Origin: Eledone cirrhosa
Lineage: Eukaryota
Direction of reading: 5' to 3'
NCBI GenBank assembly: GCA_964016885.1
Contig: OZ024740.1
Coordinates: 20,522,001-20,586,000 of the forward strand
DNA length: 64,000 bases
This document shows, in pieces, positions 51,101-64,000 of this stretch. The position numbers and the translations under genes were made by a program. A model generated the notes under the pieces. The model did no database searches, was not told the origin of the DNA, and saw only the letters and a list, made by a program, of their open reading frames with translations. Numbering within the stretch: position 1 is the first letter of the stretch; the number at the start of each line of letters is the position of its first letter.

Positions 51101-54100
51101 GATCTCTGTCATGTGAGGTAATGTTCTCCATCACTGTCATTGACTTCTGACCACTGGTCGCTGATCTCTGTCATGTGAGGTAATGTTGTCCATCACTGTC
51201 ATTGACTGCTGACCACTGGCCGCTGATCTCTGTCATGTGAGGTATTGTTGTCCATCACTGTCATTGACTGCTGACGACTGGCCGCTGATCAAAGTCATGT
51301 GAGATATTGCTGTCCATCACTGTCATTGACTGCTGACCACTGGCCGCTGATCTCTGTCATGTGAGGTATTGTTGTCCATCACTGTCATTGACTGCTGACC
51401 ACTGGTCGCTGATCTCTGTCATGTGAGGTATTGTTGTCCATCACTGTCATTGACTGCTGACCACTGGTCGCTGATCTCTGTCATGTGAGGTATTGTTGTG
51501 CATCACTATGATTGACTGCTGACCACTGGTCGCTGATCTCTGTCATGTGAGGTAATGTTGTCCATCACTGTCATCGACTGCTGACCACTGGCCGCTGATC
51601 TCTGTCATGTGAGGTATTGTTGTCCATCACTGTCATTGACTGCTGACCACTGGCCGCTGATCTCTGTCATGTGAGGTATTGTTGTCCATCACTCTCATTG
51701 ACTGCTGATCACTGGTCGCTGATCTCTGTCATGTGAGGTAATGTTGTTCATCACTGTCATTGACTGCTGACCACTGGTTGCTGATCTCTGTCATGTGAGG
51801 TATTGTTGTCCATCACTGTCATTGACTGCTGACCACTGGTCGCTGATCTCTGTCATGTGAGGTAATGTTGTCCATCACTGTGATTGACTGCTGACCACTG
51901 GTCGCTGATCTCTGTCATGTGAGGTAGTGTTGTCCATCACTGTCATTGACTGCTGACCACTGGTCGCTGATCTCTGTCATGTGAGGTATTGTTGTCCATC
52001 ACTGTCATTGACTGCTGACCACTGGCCGCTGATCTCTGTCATGTGAGGTATTGTTGTTCATCACTGTCATTGACTGCTGACCACTGGCCGCTGATCTCTC
52101 TCATGTGAGGTATTGTTGTCCATCACTGTCATTGACTGCTGACCACTGGTCGCTGATCTCTGTCATGTGAGGTATTGTTGTCCATCACTGTCATTGACTG
52201 CTGACCACTGGCCGCTGATCTCTGTCATGTGAGGTATTGTTGTCCATCACTGTCATTGACTGCTGACCACTGGTCGCTGATCTCTGTCATGTGAGGTAAT
52301 GTTGTCCATCACTGTCATTGACTGCTGACCACTGGCCGCTGATCTCTGTCATGTGAGGTATTGTTGTCCATCACTGTCATTGATTGCTGACCACTGGTCG
52401 CTGATCTCTGTCATGTGAGGTATTGTTGTCCATCACTGTCATTGACTGCTGACCACTGGTCGCTGATCTCTGTCATGTGAGGTAATGTTGTCCATCACTG
52501 TCATTGACTGCTGACCACTGGTCGCTGATCTCTGTCATGTGAGGTATTGTTGTCCATCACTCTCATTGACTGCTGACCACTGGTCGCTGATCTCTGTCAT
52601 GTGAGGTAATGTTGTCCATCACTGTCATTGACTGCTGACCACTGGTCGCTGAACTCTCTCATGTGAGGTAATGTTGTCCATCACTGTCATTGACTGCTGA
52701 CCACTGGTCGCTGATCTCTGTCATGTGAGGTAATGTTGTCCATCACTGTCATTGACTGCTGACCACTGGTCGCTGATCTCTGTCATGTGAGGTATTGTTG
52801 TCCATCACTGTCATTGACTGCTGACCACTGGTCGCTGATCTCTGTCAAGTGAGGTATTGTTGTCCATCACTGTCATTGACTGCTGACCACTGGTCGCTGA
52901 TCTCTGTCATGTGAGGTATTGTTGTCCATCACTGACATTGACTGCTGACCACTGGTCGCTGATCTCTGTCATGTGAGGTATTGGTGTCCATCACTGTCAT
53001 TGACTGCTGACCACTGGCCGCTGATCTCTGTCATGTGAGGTATTGTTGTCCATCACTGTCATTGACTGCTGACCACTGGTCGCTGATCTCTGTCATGTGA
53101 GGTATTGTTGTCCATCACTGTCATTGACTGCTGACCACTGGCCGCTGATCTCTGTCGTGTGAGGTATTGTTGTCCATCACTGTCATTGACTGCTGACCAC
53201 TGGTCGCTGATCTCTGTCATGTGAGGTAATGTTGTCCATCACTGTCATTGACTGCTGACCACTGGCCGCTGATCTCTGTCATGTGAGGTATTGTTGTCCA
53301 TCACTGTCATTGACTGCTGACCACTGGTCGCAGATCTCTGTCATGTGAGGTATTTTTGTCCATCACTGTCATTGACTGCTGACCACTGGTCGCTGATCTC
53401 TGTCATGTGAGGTAATGTTGTCCATCACTGTCATTGACTGCTGACCACTGGTCGTTGATCTCTGTCATGTGAGGTATTGTTGTCCATTACTCTCATTGAC
53501 TGCTGACCACTGGTCGCTGATCTCTGTCATGTGAGGTATTGTTGTCCATCACTGTCATTGACTGCTGACCACTGGTCGCTGATCTCTGTCATGTGAGGTA
53601 TTGTTGTCCATCACTGTCATTGACTGCTGACCACTGGTCGCTGATCTCTGCCATGTGAGGTATTGTTGTCCATCACTGTCATTGACTGCTGACCACTGGT
53701 CGCAGATCTCTGTCATGTGAGGTATTTTTGTCCATCACTGTCATTGTCTGCTGACCACTGGTCGCTGATCTCTGTCATGTGAGGTAATGTTGTCCATCAC
53801 TGTCATTGACTGCTGACCACTGGTCGCTGATCTCTGTCATGTGAAGTAATGTTGTCCATCACTGTCATTGACTGCTGACCGCTGGTCGCTGATCTCTGTC
53901 ATGTGAGGTATTGTTGTCCATTACTCTCATTGACTGCTGACCACTGGTCGCTGATCTCTGTCATGTGAGGTATTGTTGTCCATCACTGTCATTGACTGCT
54001 GACCACTGGTCGCTGATCTCTATCATGTGAGGTATTTTTGTCCATCACTGTCATTGACTGCTGACCACTGGTCGCTGATCTCTGTCATGTGAGGTATTGT

Positions 54101-57100
54101 TGTCCATCACTGTCATTGACTGCTGACCACTGGTCGCAGATCTCTGTCATGTGAAGTATTTTTGTCCATCACTGTCATTGACTGCTGACCACTGGTCGCT
54201 GATCTCTGTCATGTGAGGTATTGTTGTCCATCACTGTCATTGACTGCTGACCACTGGTCGCTAATCTCTGTCATGTGAGGTAATGTTTTCCATCACTGTC
54301 ATTGACTGCTGACCACTGGTCGCTGATCTCTTTCATGTGAGGTATTGTTGTCCATCACTGTCATTGACTGCTGACCACTGGCCGCTGATCTCTGTCATGT
54401 GAGGTATTGTTGTCCATCACTGTCATTGACTGCTGACCACTGGCCGCTGATATCTGTCATGTGAGGTAATGTTGTCCATCACTGTCATTGACTGCTGACC
54501 ACTGGTCGCTGATCTCTGTCATGTGAGGTAATGTTGTCCATCACTGTCATTGACTGCTGACCACTGGTTGCTGATCTCTGTCATGTGAGGTATTGTTGTC
54601 CATCACTGTCATTGACTGCTGACCACTGGTCGCTGATCTCTGTCATGTGAGGTATTGTTGTCCATCACTGTCATTGACTGCTGACCACTGGCCGCTGATC
54701 TCTGTCATGTGAGGTATTGTTGTCCATCACTGTCATTGACTGCTGACCACTGGCCGCTGATCTCTGTCATGTGAGGTATTGTTGTCCATCACTGTCATTG
54801 ACTGCTGACCACTTGTTGCTGATCTCTGTCATGTGATTTATTGTTGTCCATCACTGTCATTGACTGCTGACCACTGGTCGCTGATCTCTGTCATGTGAGG
54901 TATTGTTGTCCATCACTGTCATTGACTGCTGACCACTGGTCGCTGATCTCTGTCATGTGAGGTATTGTTGTCCATCACTATCATTGACTGCTGACCACTG
55001 GTCGCTGATCTCTGTCATGTGAGGTATTGTTGTCCATCACTGTCATTGACTTCTGACCACTGGTCGCTGATCTCTGTCATGTGAGGTAATGTTGTCCATC
55101 ACTGTCATTGACTGCTGACCACTGGTCGCTGATCTCTGTCATGCGAGGTATTTTTGTCCATCATTGTCATTGACTGCTGACCACTGGTCGCTGATCTCTG
55201 TCATGTGAGGTATTGTTGTCCATCACTGTCATTGACTGCTGACCACTGGTCGCTGATCTCTGTCATGTGAGGTATTGTTGTCCATCACTGTCATTGACGT
55301 CTGACCACTGGTCGCTGATCTCTGTCATGTGAGGTAATGTTGTCCATCACTGTCATTGACTGCTGACCACTGGCCGCTGATCTCAGTCATGTGAGATATT
55401 GTTGTCCATCACTGTCATTGACTGCTGACCACTGGTCGCTGATCTTGTCATGTGAGGTATTGTTGTCCATCACTGTCATTGACTGCTGACCACTGGTCGC
55501 TGATCTCTGTCATGTGAGGTAATGTTGTCCATCACTGTCATTGACTGCTGACCACTGGTCGCTGATCTCTGTCATGCGAGGTATTTTTGTCCATCATTGT
55601 CATTGACTGCTGACCACTGGTCGCTGATCTCTGTCATGTGAGGTATTGTTGTCCATCACTGTCATTGACTGCTGACCACTGGTCGCTGATCTCTGTCATG
55701 TGAGGTATTGTTGTCCATCACTGTCATTGACTTCTGACCACTGGTCGCTGATCTCTGTCATGTGAGGTAATGTTGTCCATCACTGTCATTGACTGCTGAC
55801 CACTGGTCGCTGATCTCTTTCATGTGAGGTATTGTTGTCCATCACTCTCATTGACTGCTGACCACTGGTCGCTGATCTCTGTCATGTGAGGTATTGTTGT
55901 CCATCACTGTCATTGACTTCTGACCACTGGTCGCTGATCTCTGTCATGTGAGGTAATGTTGTCCATCACTGTCATTGACTGCTGACCACTGGCCGCTGAT
56001 CTCTGTCATGTGAGGTATTGTTGTCCATCACTGTCATTGACTGCTGACGACTGGCCGCTGATCTCAGTCATGTGAGATATTGTTGTCCATCACTGTCATT
56101 GACTGCTGACCACTGGCCGCTGATCTCTGTCATGTGAGGTATTGTTGTCCATCACTGTCATTGACTGCTGACCACTGGTCGCTGATCTCTGTCATGTGAG
56201 GTATTGTTGTCCATCACTCTCATTGACTGCTGACCACTGGTCGCTGATCTCTGTCATGTGAGGTATTGTTGTCCATCACTGTCATTGACTGCTGACCACT
56301 GGTCGCTGATCTCTGTCATGTGAGGTATTGTTGTCCATCACTGTGATTGACTGCTGACCACTGGCCGCTGATCTCTGTCATGTGAGGTATTGTTGTTCAT
56401 CACTGTCATTGACTGCTGACCACTGGCCGCTGATCTCTGTCATGTGAGGTATTGTTGTTCATCACTGTCATTGACTGCTGACCACTGGCCGCTGATCTCT
56501 GTCATGTGAGGTATTGTTGTCCATCACTGTCATTGATTGCTGACCACTGGTCGCTGATCTCTGTCATGTGAGGTAATGTTGTCCATCACTGTCATCGACT
56601 GCTGACCACTGGCCGCTGATCTCTGTCATGTGAGGTATTGTTGTCCATCACTGTCATTGACTGCTGACCACTGGCCGCTGATCTCTGTCATGTGAGGTAT
56701 TGTTGTCCATCACACTCATTGACTGCTGATCACTGGTCGCTGATCTCTGTCATGTGAGGTAATGTTGTCCATCACTGTCATTGACTGCTGACCACTGGTC
56801 GCTGATCTCTGTCATGTGAAGTAATGTTGTCCATCACTGTCATTGACTGCTGACCGCTGGTCGCTGATCTCTGTCATGTGAGGTATTGTTGTCCATTACT
56901 CTCATTGACTGCTGACCACTGGTCGCTGATCTCTGTCATGTGAGGTATTGTTGTCCATCACTGTCATTGACTGCTGACCACTGGTCGCTGATCTCTATCA
57001 TGTGAGGTATTTTTGTCCATCACTGTCATTGACTGCTGACCACTGGTCGCTGATCTCTGTCATGTGAGGTATTGTTGTCCATCACTGTCATTGACTGCTG

Positions 57101-60100
57101 ACCACTGGTCGCAGATCTCTGTCATGTGAAGTATTTTTGTCCATCACTGTCATTGACTGCTGACCACTGGTCGCTGATCTCTGTCATGTGACGTATTGTT
57201 GTCCATCACTGTCATTGACTGCTGACCACTGGTCGCTAATCTCTGTCATGTGAGGTAATGTTTTCCATCACTGTCATTGACTGCTGACCACTGGTCGCTG
57301 ATCTCTTTCATGTGAGGTATTGTTGTCCATCACTGTCATTGACTGCTGACCACTGGCCGCTGATCTCTGTCATGTGAGGTATTGTTGTCCATCACTGTCA
57401 TTGACTGCTGACCACTGGCCGCTGATATCTGTCATGTGAGGTAATGTTGTCCATCACTGTCATTGACTGCTGACCACTGGTCGCTGATCTCTGTCATGTG
57501 AGGTAATGTTGTCCATCACTGTCATTGACTGCTGACCACTGGTTGCTGATCTCTGTCATGTGAGGTATTGTTGTCCATCACTGTCATTGACTGCTGACCA
57601 CTGGTCGCTGATCTCTGTCATGTGAGGTATTGTTGTCCATCACTGTCATTGACTGCTGACCACTGGCCGCTGATCTCTGTCATGTGAGGTATTGTTGTCC
57701 ATCACTGTCATTGACTGCTGACCACTGGCCGCTGATCTCTGTCATGTGAGGTATTGTTGTCCATCACTGTCATTGACTGCTGACCACTTGTTGCTGATCT
57801 CTGTCATGTGATTTATTGTTGTCCATCACTGTCATTGTCTGCTGACCACTGGTCGCTGATCTCTGTCATGTGAGGTATTGTTGTCCATCACTGTCATTGA
57901 CTGCTGACCACTGGTCGCTGATCTCTGTCATGTGAGGTATTGTTGTCCATCACTATCATTGACTGCTGACCACTGGTCGCTGATCTCTGTCATGTGAGGT
58001 ATTGTTGTCCATCACTGTCATTGACTTCTGACCACTGGTCGCTGATCTCTGTCATGTGAGGTAATGTTGTCCATCACTGTCATTGACTGCTGACCACTGG
58101 TCGCTGATCTCTGTCATGCGAGGTATTTTTGTCCATCATTGTCATTGACTGCTGACCACTGGTCGCTGATCTCTGTCATGTGAGGTATTGTTGTCCATCA
58201 CTGTCATTGACTGCTGACCACTGGTCGCTGATCTCTGTCATGTGAGGTATTGTTGTCCATCACTGTCATTGACGTCTGACCACTGGTCGCTGATCTCTGT
58301 CATGTGAGGTAATGTTGTCCATCACTGTCATTGACTGCTGACCACTGGCCGCTGATCTCAGTCATGTGAGATATTGTTGTCCATCACTGTCATTGACTGC
58401 TGACCACTGGTCGCTGATCTTGTCATGTGAGGTATTGTTGTCCATCACTGTCATTGACTGCTGACCACTGGTCGCTGATCTCTGTCATGTGAGGTAATGT
58501 TGTCCATCACTGTCATTGACTGCTGACCACTGGTCGCTGATCTCTGTCATGCGAGGTATTTTTGTCCATCATTGTCATTGACTGCTGACCACTGGTCGCT
58601 GATCTCTGTCATGTGAGGTATTGTTGTCCATCACTGTCATTGACTGCTGACCACTGGTCGCTGATCTCTGTCATGTAAGGTATTGTTGTCCATCACTGTC
58701 ATTGACTTCTGACCACTGGTCGCTGATCTCTGTCATGTGAGGTAATGTTGTCCATCACTGTCATTGACTGCTGACCACTGGTCGCTGATCTCTTTCATGT
58801 GAGGTATTGTTGTCCATCACTCTCATTGACTGCTGACCACTGGTCGCTGATCTCTGTCATGTGAGGTATTGTTGTCCATCACTGTCATTGACTTCTGACC
58901 ACTGGTCGCTGATCTCTGTCATGTGAGGTAATGTTGTCCATCACTGTCATTGACTGCTGACCACTGGCCGCTGATCTCTGTCATGTGAGGTATTGTTGTC
59001 CATCACTGTCATTGACTGCTGACGACTGGCCGCTGATCTCAGTCATGTGAGATATTGTTGTCCATCACTGTCATTGACTGCTGACCACTGGCCGCTGATC
59101 TCTGTCATGTGAGGTATTGTTGTCCATCACTGTCATTGACTGCTGACCACTGGTCGCTGATCTCTGTCATGTGAGGTATTGTTGTCCATCACTCTCATTG
59201 ACTGCTGACCACTGGTCGCTGATCTCTGTCATGTGAGGTATTGTTGTCCATCACTGTCATTGACTGCTGACCACTGGTCGCTGATCTCTGTCATGTGAGG
59301 TATTGTTGTCCATCACTGTGATTGACTGCTGACCACTGGTCGCTGATCTCTGTCATGTGAGGTAATGTTGTCCATCACTGTCATCGACTGCTGACCACTG
59401 GCCGCTGATCTCTGTCATGTGAGGTATTGTTGTCCATCACTGTCATTGACTGCTGACCACTGGCCGCTGATCTCTGTCATGTGAGGTATTGTTGTCCATC
59501 ACACTCATTGACTGCTGATCACTGGTCGCTGATCTCTGTCATGTGAGGTAATGTTGTCCATCACTGTCATTGACTGCTGACCACTGGTCGCTGATCTCTG
59601 TCATGTGAGGTATTGTTGTCCATCACTGTCATTGACTGCTGACCACTGGTCGCTGATCTCTGTCATGTGAGTTAATGTTGTCCATCACTGTGATTGACTG
59701 CTGACCACTGGTTGCTGATCTCTGTCATGTGAGGTAGTGTTGTCCATCACTGTCATTGACTGCTGACCACTGGTCGCTGATCTCTGTCATGTGAGGTATT
59801 GTTGTCCATCACTGTCATTGACTGCTGACCACTGGCCGCTGATCTCTGTCATGTGAGGTATTGTTGTTCATCACTGTCATTGACTGCTGACCACTGGCCG
59901 CTGATCTCTGTCATGTGAGGTATTGTTGTCCATCACTGTCATTGACTGCTGACCACTGGTCGCTGATCTCTGTCATGTGAGGTATTGTTGTCCATCACTG
60001 TCATTGACTGCTGACCACTGGCCGCTGATCTCTGTCATGTGAGGTATTGTTGTCCATCACTGTCATTGACTGCTGACCACTGGTCGCTGATCTCTGTCAT

Positions 60101-63100
60101 GTGAGGTAATGTTGTCCATCACTGTCATTGACTGCTGACCACTGGTCGCTGATCTCTGTCATGTGAGGTAATGTTGTCCATCACTGTCATTGACTGCTGA
60201 CCACTGGCCGCTGATCTCTGTCATGTGAGGTATTGTTGTCCATCACTGTCATTGATTGCTGACCACTGGTCGCTGATCTCTGTCATGTGAGGTATTGTTG
60301 TCCATCACTGTCATTGACTGCTGACCACTGGTCGCTGATCTCTGTCATGTGAGGTAATGTTGTCCATCACTGTCATTGACTGCTGACCACTGGTCGCTGA
60401 TCTCTGTCATGTGAGGTATTGTTGTCCATCACTCTCATTGACTGCTGACCACTGGTCGCTGATCTCTGTCATGTGAGGTAGTGTTGTCCATCACTGTCAT
60501 TGACTGCTGACCACTGGTCGCTGATCTCTGTCATGTGAGGTATTGTTGTCCATCACTGTCATTGACTGCTGACCACTGGCCGCTGATCTCTGTCATGTGA
60601 GGTATTGTTGTTCATCACTGTCATTGACTGCTGACCACTGGCCGCTGATCTCTGTCATGTGAGGTATTGTTGTCCATCACTGTCATTGACTGCTGACCAC
60701 TGGTCGCTGATCTCTGTCATGTGAGGTAATGTTGTCCATCACTGTCATTGACTGCTGACCACTGGCCGCTGATCTCTGTCATGTGAGGTATTGTTGTCCA
60801 TCACTGTCATTGATTGCTGACCACTGGTCGCTGATCTCTGTCATGTGAGGTATTGTTGTCCATCACTGTCATTGACTGCTGACCACTGGTCGCTGATCTC
60901 TGTCATGTGAGGTAATGTTGTCCATCACTGTCATTGACTTCTGACCACTGGTCGCTGATCTCTGTCATGTGAGGTAATGTTGTCCATCACTGTCATTGAC
61001 TGCTGACCACTGGCCGCTGATCTCTGTCATGTGAGGTATTGTTGTCCATCACTGTCATTGACTGCTGACGACTGGCCGCTGATCAAAGTCATGTGAGATA
61101 TTGCTGTCCATCACTGTCATTGACTGCTGACCACTGGCCGCTGATCTCTGTCATGTGAGGTATTGTTGTCCATCACTGTCATTGACTGCTGACCACTGGT
61201 CGCTGATCTCTGTCATGTGAGGTATTGTTGTCCATCACTGTCATTGACTGCTGACCACTGGCCGCTGATCTCTGTCATGTGAGGTATTGTTGTTCATCAC
61301 TGTCATTGACTGCTGACCACTGGCCGCTGATCTCTGTCATGTGAGGTATTGTTGTTCATCACTGTCATTGACTGCTGACCACTGGCCGCTGATCTCTGTC
61401 ATGTGAGGTATTGTTGTCCATCACTGTCATTGATTGCTGACCACTGGTCGCTGATCTCTGTCATGTGAGGTATTGTTGTCCATCACTGTCATTGACTGCT
61501 GACCACTGGTCGCTGATCTCTGTCATGTGAGGTAATGTTGTCCATCACTGTCATTGACTGCTGACCACTGGTCGCTGATCTCTGTCATGTGAGGTATTGT
61601 TGTCCATCACTCTCATTGACTGCTGACCACTGGTCGCTGATCTCTGTCATGTGAGGTATTGTTGTCCATCACTGTCATTGACTGCTGACGACTGGCCGCT
61701 GATCAAAGTCATGTGAGATATTGCTGTCCATCACTGTCATTGACTGCTGACCACTGGCCGCTGATCTCTGTCATGTGAGGTATTGTTGTCCATCACTGTC
61801 ATTGACTGCTGACCACTGGTCGCTGATCTCTGTCATGTGAGGTATTGTTGTCCATCACTGTCATTGACTGCTGACCACTGGCCGCTGATCTCTGTCATGT
61901 GAGGTATTGTTGTTCATCACTGTCATTGACTGCTGACCACTGGCCGCTGATCTCTGTCATGTGAGGTATTGTTGTTCATCACTGTCATTGACTGCTGACC
62001 ACTGGCCGCTGATCTCTGTCATGTGAGGTATTGTTGTCCATCACTGTCATTGATTGCTGACCACTGGTCGCTGATCTCTGTCATGTGAGGTATTGTTGTC
62101 CATCACTGTCATTGACTGCTGACCACTGGTCGCTGATCTCTGTCATGTGAGGTAATGTTGTCCATCACTGTCATTGACTGCTGACCACTGGTCGCTGATC
62201 TCTGTCATGTGAGGTATTGTTGTCCATCACTCTCATTGACTGCTGACCACTGGTCGCTGATCTCTGTCATGTGAGGTAGTGTTGTCCATCACTGTCATTG
62301 ACTGCTGACCACTGGTCGCTGATCTCTGTCATGTGAGGTATTGTTGTCCATCACTGTCATTGACTGCTGACCACTGGCCGCTGATCTCTGTCATGTGAGG
62401 TATTGTTGTTCATCACTGTCATTGACTGCTGACCACTGGCCGCTGATCTCTGTCATGTGAGGTATTGTTGTCCATCACTGTCATTGACTGCTGACCACTG
62501 GTCGCTGATCTCTGTCATGTGAGGTAATGTTGTCCATCACTGTCATTGACTGCTGACCACTGGCCGCTGATCTCTGTCATGTGAGGTATTGTTGTCCATC
62601 ACTGTCATTGATTGCTGACCACTGGTCGCTGATCTCTGTCATGTGAGGTATTGTTGTCCATCACTGTCATTGACTGCTGACCACTGGTCGCTGATCTCTG
62701 TCATGTGAGGTAATGTTGTCCATCACTGTCATTGACTGCTGACCACTGGCCGCTGATCTCTGTCATGTGAGGTATTGTTGTCCATCACTGTCATTGACTG
62801 CTGACCACTGGTCGCTGATCTCTGTCATGTGAGGTAATGTTGTCCATCACTGTCATTGACTTCTGACCACTGGTCGCTGATCTCTGTCATGTGAGGTAAT
62901 GTTGTCCATCACTGTCATTGACTGCTGACCACTGGCCGCTGATCAAAGTCATGTGAGATATTGCTGTCCATCACTGTCATTGACTGCTGACCACTGGCCG
63001 CTGATCTCTGTCATGTGAGGTATTGTTGTCCATCACTGTCATTGACTGCTGACCACTGGTCGCTGATCTCTGTCATGTGAGGTATTGTTGTCCATCACTG

Positions 63101-64000
63101 TCATTGACTGCTGACCACTGGTCGCTGATCTCTGTCATGTGAGGTATTGTTGTGCATCACTGTGATTGACTGCTGACCACTGGTCGCTGATCTCTGTCAT
63201 GTGAAGTAATGTTGTCCATCACTGTCATCCACTGCTGACCACTGGCCGCTGATCTCTGTCATGTGAGGTATTGTTGTCCATCACTGTCATTGACTGCTGA
63301 CCACTGGTCGCTGATCTCTGTCATGTGAGGTATTGTTGTCCATCACTGTCATTGACTGCTGACCACTGGTCGCTGATCTCTGTCATGTGAGGTAATGTTG
63401 TCCATCACTGTCATTGACTGCTGACCACTGGTCGCTGATCTCTGTCATGTGAGGTAATGTTGTCCATCACTGTCATTGACTGCTGACCACTGGCCGCTGA
63501 TCTCTGTCATGTGAGGTATTGTTGTCCATCACTGTCATTGACTGCTGACCACTGGTCGCTGATCTCTGTCATGTGAGGTAATGTTGTCCATCACTGTCAT
63601 TGACTTCTGACCACTGGTCGCTGATCTCTGTCATGTGAGGTAATGTTGTCCATCACTGTCATTGACTGCTGACCACTGGCCGCTGATCTCTGTCATGTGA
63701 GGTATTGTTGTCCATCACTGTCATTGACTGCTGACGACTGGCCGCTGATCAAAGTCATGTGAGATATTGCTGTCCATCACTGTCATTGACTGCTGACCAC
63801 TGGCCGCTGATCTCTGTCATGTGAGGTATTGTTGTCCATCACTGTCATTGACTGCTGACCACTGGTCGCTGATCTCTGTCATGTGAGGTATTGTTGTCCA
63901 TCACTGTCATTGACTGCTGACCACTGGTCGCTGATCTCTGTCATGTGAGGTATTGTTGTGCATCACTATGATTGACTGCTGACCACTGGTCGCTGATCTC
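30149..64000. repeat. 62-bp satellite array (~545 copies, continues beyond window) with higher-order duplications
   Basis: Consensus GACCACTGG(T/C)CGCTGATCTCTGTCATGTGAGGTA(T/A)TGTTGTCCATCACTGTCATTGACTGCT; head-to-tail, single orientation, no insertions seen, no ORF in the supplied track. Confidence 0.99.

Noticed and set aside
30149-64000. CRISPR array, ribozyme/snoRNA tandem array or coding repeat
   Set aside because: No spacers, no CUGANGA/GAAA core or complete C/D box pair in the monomer, and the 62-bp period with frequent TGA closes all frames.

Overview
Eukaryotic, AT-rich, repeat-only window with no recognisable host gene. The tRNA-derived SINE, RTE 3' tails and dense microsatellites resemble cephalopod (Octopus-like) DNA; this is an inference. 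Bases 1-30,150 are a nested patchwork of Penelope-like retroelements (PLEs; at least four RT/GIY-YIG families, one present twice), RTE-clade LINE remnants, SINEs, micro- and minisatellites and fold-back inverted repeats. Reading the PLE termini by eye gives about eight distinct hammerhead-ribozyme-like motifs: canonical CUGANGA cores, variant UUGANAA or CUGAUGU cores, mostly with palindromic stem III. Several sit in non-coding, pLTR-only modules, including a ~770-bp palindrome with a 15-bp target-site duplication. Bases 30,149-64,000 are an uninterrupted 62-bp satellite (~545 copies, running off the window end) with multi-kb higher-order duplications and regionally layered variants. All structures were read manually; no alignment, folding or database search was run.
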